A stretch of 64,000 nucleotides of DNA, taken from an uncultured virus (IMG/VR IMGVR_UViG_3300025470_000023). Taxonomy: Duplodnaviria; Heunggongvirae; Uroviricota; Caudoviricetes. Position 1 is the stretch's first letter. Every line of letters begins with the position of its first letter. Position numbers and translations under genes: made by a program. Shown piece after piece: positions 54,557-64,000 of this stretch. The notes under the pieces were generated by a model. That model did not search any database and was not told the DNA's origin. It saw nothing but the letters and a program-made list of their open reading frames with translations. Location: IMG/VR virus record IMGVR_UViG_3300025470_000023; one strand, written 5' to 3'.

Positions 54557-57481
54557 TCAATGTTCCTGAAGTGAGCTCTCATTCAGGCCGATCAGGGTAG
54601 CGTCGAAGCAATGTGCGAGGACAGACCCGCCGGGGAGCTTGGTGCCTTTACCTAGCTGACACCGCTCATCGCGCAGGATCACCTGCTCGTCTCTCAGGCC
54701 GTTGATGAAGGGGCCGTAGGGCAAGCGCCGCAGGCTGCACCAATTCCGCAGGACATTCGACGCGATGTAGAGCATCTTGGTGTCTGGCTCGAACCGCCCG
54801 ACCAACTCACCCGTAGCTAACTGAGGTGGCACCGATGCCGCTAATACGCCGTCCACAGGGTCTAGATTGCCCCCTACGACCACGATGTTCCTGTGGTGCT
54901 CGTTGATGAATTCACCGATGACTTCGTAGGTGTTGTTGCTAGACTCCTGCTCGATGACTTCCTTCGTATCCTTCACCTGCTCCAAGGCCCAATTCCATAC
55001 GCGCTCAATGTCGATATCATGCAGACCCAACTGCTTGGCGATCTCAGCCCCAGTAAAGGCGCAGGACAGAGCCGCTGAATAGAAGCGATGCTCCTGACTG
55101 AACTCAGCCTCTCTATCGAAACGGACCTTGATCTCGTTTCTGCGAAGCAGTACGGATTCCAGATTGGGCACCACGAACTTCATGAACTCCTCACCCGCAA
55201 GGCCGTAGTTGCCGAGGAGCAGGTGGTTGAACAGATAGTCAGATTCTTCCTTGGTCAGTGTCTCATCCTTCTGAATCTCGATCTCAAGAATACGATACCG
55301 TTCCCCGTCTGAGGATGCCTTGAACGACTTGATCGTATCGTAGAGGCTGTTGTTCCCCGAGGTCAGCACCATCGTAGCCCATGAGGCGTTGTTCTTACGC
55401 TCCGCATTAACCTGAGCCTGCATACGGTTACGCCCTCTGTTGAAGGATATGCGGAACACGAAGTCACTGGCCTGCTCTGGCTCGATGTTGGTGATTTCGT
55501 CCACGGTCATGATGATGTGGTTCAGTACACCGATGCGGCTCTCTCGTGAGAGCGGAGTGTCATTTTCGTTGAGCAGGGCTTCCTGCGGGTGCCCCCAGAC
55601 GCTATTCGCCGCCATCTGCGCCGTAGACTTACCTACACCTGATGCTGTGTTGGTCAGGTGCGTGATCATACTGCCGAGCCCTGCGAACTTGTATAGAGCA
55701 GACCCGAAGCTCATAAAGAGAGCCAGTGCTCGCGCCTCGTTCCCCGGCTTGTTGTACGTGTTGATAACTTGCTTCCATGCGTCCAGTCGGCCCTCTGATC
55801 GGTAGATAGGCGCGATCTCCTTGGTCGCTGATGAGGGTGGGCTATAAACGACTGTGCCCTGATTGGTGATTTCTCGTCCGCCGATGACGAACCGTGTGTC
55901 ATTGTCGTGCCATCCGAATTGCATACGCGCTTGCTCCGCTTTGTCTTGTTCCTGTAGAAACCGCACCCAATCGTTGATATATCGACGAATTAGGTCCATA
56001 CGCCGATCAATCTCGGCTACACCTTTACTGGATAGAATCTCCTGACACTTATCCTTCTTGGTGATCTGGCTCAGCGCCGCAGTGAATTCATCCATGCCGT
56101 CTTTCGGTAGGATGTGCGCGATCTGAATCATTTCGTCCCGCTCGGGGTCGTTAATACGTTTCTGCACCCACAGGTCATAGGGATAGATCAGGGTCTCATC
56201 GAGGTCTTCATCCCCCGTTTCCTCACCGTCATCATCCTTGCTTTTCCCTAGCTTGCCTTTGATTGCGACACCGCCGTTCTTGGGGCGAAGCCACGGCTTG
56301 GGGTATTCCAGAGGGATTTCGATATCTACGAACTCCTTGAGGCCCTTGTGCCAGATCTGTTCCTTGAGATTATCCGTAGCAGTAGCCGGAGTGATGATGA
56401 TCCCCAAAGCGATCGGACTGTTGATTTTGCCTCTCAGGGGGCAACCCAAGCATATAGCGGCGCGCCCTTGATGCGCCTGAAAGGTACTGCACTTATGCGG
56501 AAAGGCTTCTAGCGTACCCTCGGCCTTGGCGATCGTATCTTCCGGGTCATAGGCGGGGTGCTGATTAGAGATCTTGTGGATGGCAGTCTCCCAATCCACG
56601 CAACGCCTAGCGATAGATAGTACACTGCGCCAGACTGGTTCTGGAGTACCCTCATGATCACGAGCGGCCATGGCGATCTGTTCGCACCCCATGCTACGGG
56701 AGATCTTCTGCTTGACCTGCTTCCCGTCTTTGTCGGTTACGGTCTCGATCACATCTTCGTAGGTCAGGCTTTTCTTTACGATCTTCGAGAACTTGGCCTC
56801 GATATCCTTCTCTACGACGGCCTTCATGATGGCCTCATCGCGCCCGGACATTTCCCGTGCTTCGACGAGTCCTATCAGCAATTTGAATTGGGGTAGATCG
56901 ACAGGCTCCGCGAGCTTAATGGCGCGGACTTCTTTGGGGTTCGAGCGATCCTTGTTGTTGAATGTGCCGGGCACACGCAGGATACGCGCACCATCAGCCG
57001 TGACCACGGGATCAGCATCGAAGCTGTAGTTTTCAGACGTACGCTTCAGAGCATCAGCTACTGGCTTCCAATCATTATAGGTCAGCGGTGTTTCGAGCGC
57101 CCAATACAGATGGAGCCCACGCCCTGAATTGACGATCGTGGGTAAGGGGAGGCGAGTCTCCTCTAGAAATGTTTGCAGGGCAAGCATCCCTGCCTTCTGA
57201 TTCTCATACGGCTTGCCGGGGCCGCAGTCGATATCCATGTAAAAAGATTTATAACCCTCGGCATTCTTCGCGCTACGCTTACCGGCAGGGTCCTTGAATG
57301 TGGCGCAACCAAAGTAGACTTCGCGCCCAGCTTCCGACAGGGCGTTGATCGTGCCTTCTGCTTCTTCTACGGAAGCATGAAAACTTTGCTTGGGCGGTTG
57401 TGAGCTATCGCTCATCAGCCCCATGATGCAGACATGTCCGGTCGGGGCTAAAACCAGACGGAAAAACTCACTCCTTGACAT
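54557..57481 (-). CDS. primase-helicase (prim-pol N-terminus + DUF927-like ATPase)
   Basis: MDIDC, SGRGLHLYW, RILRVPGT, FGWH, SGVGKST, TVDE; start ATG 57481. Confidence 0.85.
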   Translation of the reverse strand: MSRSEFFRLVLAPTGHVCIMGLMSDSSQPPKQSFHASVEEAEGTINALSEAGREVYFGCATFKDPAGKRSAKNAEGYKSFYMDIDCGPGKPYENQKAGMLALQTFLEETRLPLPTIVNSGRGLHLYWALETPLTYNDWKPVADALKRTSENYSFDADPVVTADGARILRVPGTFNNKDRSNPKEVRAIKLAEPVDLPQFKLLIGLVEAREMSGRDEAIMKAVVEKDIEAKFSKIVKKSLTYEDVIETVTDKDGKQVKQKISRSMGCEQIAMAARDHEGTPEPVWRSVLSIARRCVDWETAIHKISNQHPAYDPEDTIAKAEGTLEAFPHKCSTFQAHQGRAAICLGCPLRGKINSPIALGIIITPATATDNLKEQIWHKGLKEFVDIEIPLEYPKPWLRPKNGGVAIKGKLGKSKDDDGEETGDEDLDETLIYPYDLWVQKRINDPERDEMIQIAHILPKDGMDEFTAALSQITKKDKCQEILSSKGVAEIDRRMDLIRRYINDWVRFLQEQDKAEQARMQFGWHDNDTRFVIGGREITNQGTVVYSPPSSATKEIAPIYRSEGRLDAWKQVINTYNKPGNEARALALFMSFGSALYKFAGLGSMITHLTNTASGVGKSTAQMAANSVWGHPQEALLNENDTPLSRESRIGVLNHIIMTVDEITNIEPEQASDFVFRISFNRGRNRMQAQVNAERKNNASWATMVLTSGNNSLYDTIKSFKASSDGERYRILEIEIQKDETLTKEESDYLFNHLLLGNYGLAGEEFMKFVVPNLESVLLRRNEIKVRFDREAEFSQEHRFYSAALSCAFTGAEIAKQLGLHDIDIERVWNWALEQVKDTKEVIEQESSNNTYEVIGEFINEHHRNIVVVGGNLDPVDGVLAASVPPQLATGELVGRFEPDTKMLYIASNVLRNWCSLRRLPYGPFINGLRDEQVILRDERCQLGKGTKLPGGSVLAHCFDATLIGLNESSLQEH

Positions 57482-57506
57482 AACGCCGCCTGAACTAAAG
57501 TGGAAG

Positions 57507-57528
57507 AAAAGGGGCGGCGAACCGCCCC
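57507..57528 (-). terminator. rho-independent terminator after the SSB-like gene
   Basis: GGGGCGG-TTCG-CCGCCCC then TTTT. Confidence 0.75.
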
Positions 57529-57540
57529 CACCGACGAAAC

Positions 57541-58497
57541 TTAGTCGTCGTCTCCCCACTCAGCCAGAATGGAGGTCAGGTCTTGTTCACCCGCTTTCGG
57601 TGCAGGTGCAGAGGACTTCTTTTCTTTCACGACAGGTTCAGACACAACCTCAGCTTCTTCTACAGGAGCCGGAGTCGGAGGAGCGATAGCCGCCGGAGCG
57701 GGGCGCGGAGGCATGGTAGGTGCCGCAGTCTTACGTGCGTCCATTGCTGCCGGAGTATAGCTGATGGCGTTTAGTGCATCTTCACCCTGCCCCTTTTCGA
57801 TGATGATCGCGTACTGTTCATCGGACAGGTAGTCCACAGGACGGAAGAGCAGTTTAGGCGTAGCCGATGAAGTATCGAAACGCATCTCAGTGATGACGTT
57901 ACGAATACCCGCACCATGACCGTAGAGGAACTTGAGGTACGCACGGAACGGCATCATGCCATTGACGGGATCACCGAACACGGACTGCGAAGGCAGGACG
58001 AGCTGATACACATCAGAGTTTTCAAGGTTAGCCGTAAGAGCTTCAGGGTCCTGACTATTGTTAGCCAATACAACTGCGAGACGCTGACTGAAGCGGCAGG
58101 CACGGGAGGTGCCTTGACCTGATCCCTTGGCATTCATTGGGCAGTTAGCACAGGAAGCAGACTGTGGGCTGGCCGCGCGAGCATCGGGCTTTGTACCATC
58201 GTTGGAGAAACAGGTCGGCTGTGTGACTTCACCTTCCTTGTAGACACCATCGTAGTAGGTCCGGCTCACCTTCTCAGCGGCGTTGACGATCACGATATCC
58301 ATAGAGCGATCGTCGCTCTTGGTGACTTCCTGCCCATCGACAATCATACGGAAGACGTTGCCACGGATGGAGATACGCTTGTTGCCTGACCCTGACGAGC
58401 CGATCATGCGCTTGGTCAGGTCATCCGTATTGTTACGGACATGGTTAGGTACAACAGCTTTTTGATTACGGAAAATGGTCAAATCAGCCATGTTCAA
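57541..58497 (-). CDS. ssDNA-binding protein (probable)
   Basis: CFSNDG...CANCP...ACRFSQRLAV, acidic tail EWGDDD, replication cluster. Confidence 0.65.
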   Translation of the reverse strand: MNMADLTIFRNQKAVVPNHVRNNTDDLTKRMIGSSGSGNKRISIRGNVFRMIVDGQEVTKSDDRSMDIVIVNAAEKVSRTYYDGVYKEGEVTQPTCFSNDGTKPDARAASPQSASCANCPMNAKGSGQGTSRACRFSQRLAVVLANNSQDPEALTANLENSDVYQLVLPSQSVFGDPVNGMMPFRAYLKFLYGHGAGIRNVITEMRFDTSSATPKLLFRPVDYLSDEQYAIIIEKGQGEDALNAISYTPAAMDARKTAAPTMPPRPAPAAIAPPTPAPVEEAEVVSEPVVKEKKSSAPAPKAGEQDLTSILAEWGDDD

Positions 58498-58742
58498 ATC
58501 CTCGTTAATGTATTTGATTGTTCTGCAAGAGCGAGCACATCCGCTCGCTTGAAGCGCACTTGTTGGTTAAAGCCCACTCGGTAGGCTGTCAAAATCCCCC
58601 GCTTTCGCCAGTTGTGGAGGGTTGCTCGGGACACCCCAAGCTCCGCCATAACCTCAGCGGTGGTCATCACATTTTCCTCCGTAGGGGGAGGATCATAAGG
58701 CTCGAAAAATTCATCGTCAATCTCATCAAAATCATCCATCAC
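58494..58742 (-). CDS. excisionase/MerR-like HTH protein
   Basis: MTTAEVMAELGVSRATLHNWRKRG...VRFKRADV. Confidence 0.8.
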   Translation of the reverse strand: MMDDFDEIDDEFFEPYDPPPTEENVMTTAEVMAELGVSRATLHNWRKRGILTAYRVGFNQQVRFKRADVLALAEQSNTLTRI

Positions 58743-59131
58743 TTTTTCCTCACGCTAATGACGTACTCGCTGTCACTCGACAGCCCCATAGGCACCATCT
58801 CCGGGTTCTCCTCCAACAAGTTCTTCATATTGGTCTGATGGATGCGTTGTTCCAGAAGGTGGTACGCATCGTGCTCCTTGATAAACTGGTACATGGACTC
58901 CCAATCGGTGGTCTTGTACCTGACGCTCAGCTTGCGCGTTGCTGTACCGTGGGCTGTCTTGACACTGTCTGCGCCCATCTCCTTGCAGATTTCGAGGAGC
59001 ATATCGCTCACCTTGGTCTGCTTCTCCTTGAGCACGGCGTCTGCCGCTTCAAAGTCCTGCGACAGTTTCTGTCGCGCTGAGCGCAACTTGATGTATGCGC
59101 TGATCAGCTTGTCTGCTGTTACTTCACTCAT
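58739..59131 (-). CDS. conserved replication-region protein
   Basis: YIKLR...SVKTAHGT...DWESMYQFI...LLEQRI; AGGAG RBS. Confidence 0.7.
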   Translation of the reverse strand: MSEVTADKLISAYIKLRSARQKLSQDFEAADAVLKEKQTKVSDMLLEICKEMGADSVKTAHGTATRKLSVRYKTTDWESMYQFIKEHDAYHLLEQRIHQTNMKNLLEENPEMVPMGLSSDSEYVISVRKK

Positions 59132-59173
59132 CGTCCACTCCTAAATCAACCGCTACACTAACGGCGTATGGTC

Positions 59174-59201
59174 ATTTTACACACTTATATTACCCTGTCA
59201 A
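59174..59201 (-). promoter_or_regulatory. sigma70-like promoter
   Basis: TTGACA-16-TAAAAT. Confidence 0.5.
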
Positions 59202-61685
59202 CTCCTGTTGATACATATCTAACAAAGTTTCTTGCGCCAGAGTCCTTTCCTCCAAAGCTTTGTAGAGCTGGCGCTCCACGGCTGAGCTAACCAACTTCAC
59301 CACAAGGCACGGGTTTCTCTGCCCCGCTCTATGCACTCGGGCGTTCGCTTGTAGCCAGATTTCTGCGGAGGTCACAGGACCGAACCAGATGATCGTATTG
59401 GCCGCTGTCAAAGTGACACCATGCGCGGCTGACTGAGGCTGAATGATTAGAACGTGCGGGTTGGGCGTAGTCTGGAAGTCATTGAAAATCTCTGCCCTGC
59501 GTTTGGCTGACACCCCGCCGTGTATGGTGGCCGTAGTGATGCCCTGCTTCTCAAGGTACGTCTGTACCATGTCGATTGAATGTCTGAAGTTGCAGAAGAT
59601 CAGAACCTTGTGGCTACTCTCCTGTACGACCTCAAGCATCTCCTCTAACTTATTCTTACAGTCGAACTCGACAACCTCGCCGCTATCCGAATACACCGAC
59701 CCACAGTTGTGGACGATGACGGGACCTTCTTTCCCCGCTACAACAAACCTAGACCGGGGTCCGCAGTTAAGTAGGTCGTAAGTTGCTTCCCTTTGTTTGG
59801 GGACGCTTTCAGTGCCAAATCTATAGGCCAACCCGCCTTCAGGCGTCTTCTCAAGGTGACAGACTTGAGTCCGTATTCCTCTGCTGCTTGTGCTACAGTC
59901 ATTTTTCCATTCGGTGTGTCTATAAGAATGTTCACCCTCGTGTTGCGCCCCTGATCCTTGGGTGTAGCCCACCGGCAATTCTCCGGTGAATACGGGCCGT
60001 TGTTGTCTATCCTGTCTAGCGTAAGCCCGTCCTTGTGCATAGGCCCCATATCCGACCAGAACATCTCGAATGAAGACCGCCAGCGTTCGCACACCACAAT
60101 TCCACGTTCTCCGTAATTTTTGTAGTCCTTGTCTAAAGGATCGTGACAACGCGCTACCATGCTGTGATAGTTTGAATACACTGGCTTTTTGCTCATTTTG
60201 TGTTTCTCGTTGCCGTGGTGGCATCCGCAACTTCTTGGGTGCTTCCTGTGCTTTGCTCTTAGATACTGACTCCTGCGAATTACGCGCCGCCCACAATCGC
60301 ACAGGCAAAGCCACGTCGCGCATTGCACCGAAATTCCGCTCGTCGTTCCAGCTCTCTCTATAACTGTCAGGTACCCGAACTTCTGTCCTATTAAATCTTT
60401 TGCTGGATTTGCCATAAATAATATCCTCCGCTGTCTGCCATCCTGCGGTGGTGAGAACCCTATGGTCCGAAGTCATACGTACACCGTAGCACTCGCGCAC
60501 TTCTTTAAGCCCACGACATGCCAGCCCATCATGTGCTACCCATTCTTCACCATCCCACACTCTATGCGCTGTGGTTACTTCTTGAATCGGTACCCACCCA
60601 ACGTCTGTAAGTACAGGTGTATTATACGCAATACAAGATATTTGTAACAGTTTGTTCATACCCACTGCCGCATTGAACGCTGTGATATCTGCACTGGCAA
60701 CTTGGATCAGCATCTCTTTCTTGAGGAGCTTGTAGTATTTCTCCTGTTGCGCTGTGAGGGGCGTGTCACGCTCAGAGTAAAGAAGCTCTGGTAGATCGAG
60801 GCACTCATCCTTGGTGAACCTGATGGCAGGCTGAAGCACCTCATGGACTACCTGCTGTGCCTCGGGTTTGGGGATGTATTTGAACGCGCTGATCTTCAGC
60901 ATGACTCGATCGCGGAACAACCCTACGAACTGCGGAACACTCGTGGGATTCATCATCTTGGCGAGGCCGTAGGCATCGAGTGGGCTCTGTGCCGCAGGTG
61001 TGCCCGTCAGCATCCACACCCATGTGTCCGGTCCGATCAGGCTATTGATCATCTTCCAACGCTTGGTCGTTGCTGTCTTGATGTAGTTGGCCTCATCCAG
61101 AACAATAAGGTCGAACCCACCCAGAGCCAGCTCGCTACGCACGGACTCCACACCATCGTAGTTGATAATGACGAACTCGGCATTGGAGTCGATCACCTTG
61201 GCTCGCTTGGCTTTCGATCCGTGGGCAATGTCTACCCTACGCTTCATGACCGTCCTGAATAGATCTGCTCTCCATGCTGAGTCCATGATAGACAGAGGGC
61301 AAATGACGAGTACCCTGCGAATGAACCCGAGCTTCATGAGATAGTCAGCCGCCCAGATAACGGACACGGTTTTGCCTAGCCCCTGCTCGTTCCAGCAAAA
61401 TGCTCTACGGTTGAGGGTCAGAAAGGCGGCGGTTTCCTTCTGGTGATCGAAGGGCGTGTATCTCCCCGGCCAATCGTATTGACGCACGATAGGAGCCGGT
61501 GCTTTCTTGAAGCCCAGATTGCGAAGGATCTTTGTGTTAGGCAGGTTCCATTTGACTGCCACCTCGTAGCCGTTGCCATTGGGTAGCGAAACTTCCTTCA
61601 CTACCGCAGACTTCGGAATCACTTCGGTGATCTTCTCTGGATTGCGGGTGCGCACGATGAGTGCGCGGTCCTCTACGATTTCCAT
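59190..61685 (-). CDS. SNF2-family helicase containing an intein
   Basis: QGLGKT, LDEA, LTGTP, HGVTLTAA, QANARVHRAGQ; 310-aa insert between LLQIS and CGSVY. Confidence 0.9.
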   Translation of the reverse strand: MEIVEDRALIVRTRNPEKITEVIPKSAVVKEVSLPNGNGYEVAVKWNLPNTKILRNLGFKKAPAPIVRQYDWPGRYTPFDHQKETAAFLTLNRRAFCWNEQGLGKTVSVIWAADYLMKLGFIRRVLVICPLSIMDSAWRADLFRTVMKRRVDIAHGSKAKRAKVIDSNAEFVIINYDGVESVRSELALGGFDLIVLDEANYIKTATTKRWKMINSLIGPDTWVWMLTGTPAAQSPLDAYGLAKMMNPTSVPQFVGLFRDRVMLKISAFKYIPKPEAQQVVHEVLQPAIRFTKDECLDLPELLYSERDTPLTAQQEKYYKLLKKEMLIQVASADITAFNAAVGMNKLLQISCIAYNTPVLTDVGWVPIQEVTTAHRVWDGEEWVAHDGLACRGLKEVRECYGVRMTSDHRVLTTAGWQTAEDIIYGKSSKRFNRTEVRVPDSYRESWNDERNFGAMRDVALPVRLWAARNSQESVSKSKAQEAPKKLRMPPRQRETQNEQKASVFKLSQHGSALSRSFRQGLQKLRRTWNCGVRTLAVFIRDVLVGYGAYAQGRAYARQDRQQRPVFTGELPVGYTQGSGAQHEGEHSYRHTEWKNDCSTSSRGIRTQVCHLEKTPEGGLAYRFGTESVPKQREATYDLLNCGPRSRFVVAGKEGPVIVHNCGSVYSDSGEVVEFDCKNKLEEMLEVVQESSHKVLIFCNFRHSIDMVQTYLEKQGITTATIHGGVSAKRRAEIFNDFQTTPNPHVLIIQPQSAAHGVTLTAANTIIWFGPVTSAEIWLQANARVHRAGQRNPCLVVKLVSSAVERQLYKALEERTLAQETLLDMYQQELTG
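59706..60635 (-). mobile_element. intein (310 aa)
   Basis: Block A CIAYNTPVLT, block B MTSDHRVLT, block F TYDL, terminal VHN with +1 Cys. Confidence 0.92.
59738..60415 (-). mobile_element. HNH-type homing endonuclease nested in the +1 frame inside the intein
   Basis: DLIGQKFGYLTV, WLCLCDCG, SCGC, YGERGIVVCERW, TLDRIDNNGPYSPENCRWAT; GGAGG RBS 9 nt upstream. Confidence 0.9.
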
Positions 61686-61737
61686 GTGTACCTCTGATAG
61701 CAACCACGTTAAGGCCGTGGCAGGAGCCTATCCAACA

Positions 61738-61962
61738 TTAAAGCAGGTCGTAGTCTTCGCCGTCAAAGACCTCGAACAGAGTTGGTTTGTTAGGGTTTTT
61801 GTTGAAGTACCATGCCTTCAACTTGGTCAGGTTGAACTTGCGCTCACGCGCGGCAATCTTGAAGGTAAACTGCACCATCGCGTCTACATGACGTTCGATC
61901 AGCTCCTCGGGAAAGCCGGACTCTCGCGCAATATCCTTAACTGCTCTAGTCGCTACTCTCAT
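61738..61962 (-). CDS. hypothetical protein
   Basis: 74 aa, ATGA coupling with the upstream gene. Confidence 0.55.
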   Translation of the reverse strand: MRVATRAVKDIARESGFPEELIERHVDAMVQFTFKIAARERKFNLTKLKAWYFNKNPNKPTLFEVFDGEDYDLL

Positions 61963-62240
61963 TTTTTCTCTGGCTTATCGTACGTACCCTTCATAGAGCC
62001 ATCACTATTCCGTTTGAAACTACGATTGGCACTGGGAGATTCTAGGAAGTACCCCGTCTTGTTGGAACCGCCCTTGGATAGCGCCTTCCTATGGGCAATG
62101 TCCTTGCCCTTACGATCTACACCATCCTTGTCTAGCTTACGCCGAGCGCGTTGGCGCTCTAGCTTAGCTTCAAGTACACCGCCTTTTTTCTTCTGGCGAG
62201 CTTTTTCGGTTACCCATTCCTGCTTATAGTTCCGTGGCAT
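61959..62240 (-). CDS. small HNH-family protein
   Basis: RNYKQEW...GKDIAHRKALSKGGSN...SANRS. Confidence 0.7.
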   Translation of the reverse strand: MPRNYKQEWVTEKARQKKKGGVLEAKLERQRARRKLDKDGVDRKGKDIAHRKALSKGGSNKTGYFLESPSANRSFKRNSDGSMKGTYDKPEKK

Positions 62241-62241
62241 T

Positions 62242-62910
62242 TTAGTCTCCTTGATGAGGGCAACTCGTTACGTTGCACCACTTTCGGCAAAGACCGTTCG
62301 GGCGAGGGTTCCACACATCAGTCTGATAGGCATTTTCCAGAGCGGATAACAGCCCATGCAATTCAGAGAAGATGCTCAACCCATACTCTGCCGAGAAGTC
62401 TTGCTTCCTGTGATCTTTCTTTACTACAAAGAGTAGCATGGTTTTGATCTTTTCTATCTCTGGGTATTTGAGAAACAGGGCAGCGGCCATGAGAGCAAGC
62501 TGGCGAGTGTCGGCGTATCGGCTTTCTCCTGTCTTGTAATCCAGTACCCATGCCCGATTGCCATCGACAATAACCAAATCTGCAATACCTCGAAACCAAA
62601 CTTCAGGGTCGTAGTAATCGCACGTTTCCAACCGCCCATCGACTTTCTTCACTCCCAATTTCATTTCACAGAACTTCTCGCCCGGATAGGCAACGAGCTT
62701 ATCGAGGTAATCTTGTATAAAGCTGAACCTCTGTGGAATGGGAGTGCCGTCTCGAATGTATTCCTCTGCCGCCTTATGCAGTTGCTCGCCGTAGATAGCC
62801 TTCTCTCCTTGCGTGAAGGGAACTTCCTTGGTGACCTTCTCCGCCTGATACTTGCGAGGGCAAGTCTCAAACGTCTTCAGTGCGCTGTACGACCATGCGG
62901 GTTGTTTCAT
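62242..62910 (-). CDS. PD-(D/E)XK exonuclease (Cas4/RecB-like)
   Basis: WSYS...CP, GIADL, DYKTG, QLALMA, LCRKWC...CPH. Confidence 0.85.
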   Translation of the reverse strand: MKQPAWSYSALKTFETCPRKYQAEKVTKEVPFTQGEKAIYGEQLHKAAEEYIRDGTPIPQRFSFIQDYLDKLVAYPGEKFCEMKLGVKKVDGRLETCDYYDPEVWFRGIADLVIVDGNRAWVLDYKTGESRYADTRQLALMAAALFLKYPEIEKIKTMLLFVVKKDHRKQDFSAEYGLSIFSELHGLLSALENAYQTDVWNPRPNGLCRKWCNVTSCPHQGD

Positions 62911-64000
62911 GCTTCCAGTTTCTTCATCTTGAATGACAGGTCTCTACCGTATCCACCCTCGGCATCTAGGGGTAGGCCCTCGGCCCACTTGGGAGGAACG
63001 CGAAGCTCGGTGATGATAAACCGTCTGGCCTCATCAGCCTCGTCCTCGGGCACTACGCAATAGACCGCATCGTGAATGGTAAGTGCCGCCGGGTACTTCT
63101 TGTTGATCCGTACCATCGCTTCACCCATTACGCATCTAGCCAACGCTTGAATTGTATTCTGATAGCACTTCGGCCCGTGAATACGTTCAAGTTTCTTGCG
63201 TACTTTGTAGCGCCACTCGGTGCGCCCGTTCTCTTCCACTTGGTGTAAATCTGGATAGCGTAAGGACAACCCAGACGGCAGTATTATACCATGCTGGCCC
63301 ATCACTTCGAGGGGTAGCACCTCACCAAACTGGAAGATGTAGTGATCGCGTATGTGCTGTAGAACCTTCTCGCCTTCATACCACGATTCTTTTACCTTGG
63401 TGTACTCGGTACGGTAGCGGTTAACCAGAGTTTGTGCGAGGTCTTCTCCAATGTCTTTCCCTGACAGTACCTTGATGGCATTCCTGAGCTTCTTATGTCC
63501 GGTGCCATAGATCAGTGAGAGCTGTGATTGCTTGCCGATGAAGCGTTGATCGTCGTCCACTTCCTCGTAGGCTACGCCGAAAATCGGCGCAATGAAGTCT
63601 CGATAGAGGTCGCGTCCTTCGGCAAGTAACTGCACCTTGTCCATCTGCCCGGCAAAGTAGAGACCCACACGGAGCTCGATGTTCGACAAGTCAGCACCCA
63701 CGATGACGTATCCGTCAGGCGCAACGATCGCCTTCTTCAGCGTGGACCCACGCGGTACGTTCTGTAGGTTAATTTTATCCGTAGCTGACCATCGGCCCGT
63801 CATGGCTCCATAGTATTTCAGCGGTACGGGCAGTGCTCCACCGATCTTCGCCATTTCAATGAACCGTTCGGTGCGCGTCTCCTCAAGCGTAGACTTAACA
63901 CCCACACGCGCGGCGGCGAGTGTCTGAATACGGAGGTCTTCGTGCTCCAACAGGGCCTTCATTCCTTCGTCAGTCTTGGCGAACGCATAGGCTTGCTTGC
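62907..64000 (-). CDS. DNA polymerase family A (5' part beyond window)
   Basis: TGRWS, NLQN, motif A DLSNIELR, motif B R..GK..LSLIYG, motif C TIHD. Confidence 0.9.
   Translation of the reverse strand, partial: KQAYAFAKTDEGMKALLEHEDLRIQTLAAARVGVKSTLEETRTERFIEMAKIGGALPVPLKYYGAMTGRWSATDKINLQNVPRGSTLKKAIVAPDGYVIVGADLSNIELRVGLYFAGQMDKVQLLAEGRDLYRDFIAPIFGVAYEEVDDDQRFIGKQSQLSLIYGTGHKKLRNAIKVLSGKDIGEDLAQTLVNRYRTEYTKVKESWYEGEKVLQHIRDHYIFQFGEVLPLEVMGQHGIILPSGLSLRYPDLHQVEENGRTEWRYKVRKKLERIHGPKCYQNTIQALARCVMGEAMVRINKKYPAALTIHDAVYCVVPEDEADEARRFIITELRVPPKWAEGLPLDAEGGYGRDLSFKMKKLEA

Noticed and set aside
58494..58742. Excisionase as evidence of a temperate lifestyle
   Set aside because: No integrase, repressor or att site in the window; the HTH sits in the replication cluster.
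62242..62910. Cas4-like nuclease as a CRISPR component
   Set aside because: Standard phage PD-(D/E)XK exonuclease next to the DNA polymerase.
1..64000. tRNA/rRNA genes or stop-codon reassignment
   Set aside because: No cloverleaf or rRNA-like sequence noticed; genes are intact under the standard code with all three stops used.

Overview
The window holds most of the genome of a tailed dsDNA phage, probably a lytic podovirus-like phage of a Gram-negative host (sigma70 promoters, lipoprotein spanin, GH24 lysozyme, no integrase, no tape measure). Layout: (1) 1-11.4 kb, minus-strand early genes including a MoxR-type AAA + VWA/metallopeptidase pair, consensus sigma70 promoters and eight copies of the 20-bp palindrome AACTTCATACGTATGAAGTT; (2) 11.8-54.5 kb, plus-strand packaging, head, tail, lysis and ejection genes (terminase, portal, GroES, scaffold, gpT-like major capsid protein, tail fibres, lysozyme, a 2645-aa polyvalent protein); (3) 54.5-64 kb, minus-strand replication genes (primase-helicase, SSB, SNF2 helicase with intein, PD-(D/E)XK nuclease, family A polymerase, truncated by the window). 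The most striking signal is two HNH homing-endonuclease genes lying wholly in the +1 frame of host genes whose own frame stays open. One fills the endonuclease slot of the helicase intein out of frame and has its own Shine-Dalgarno site. The other sits in the giant ejection-protein gene and is followed directly by a second nested 52-aa gene. Three further free-standing homing endonucleases are present, two with visible insertion scars. Other signals are a recurring x(A/K)xGG motif in late proteins, an extra domain fused to the portal, and a pseudoknotted RNA candidate downstream of the capsid gene. All family assignments come from motif recognition by eye; no searches were run.
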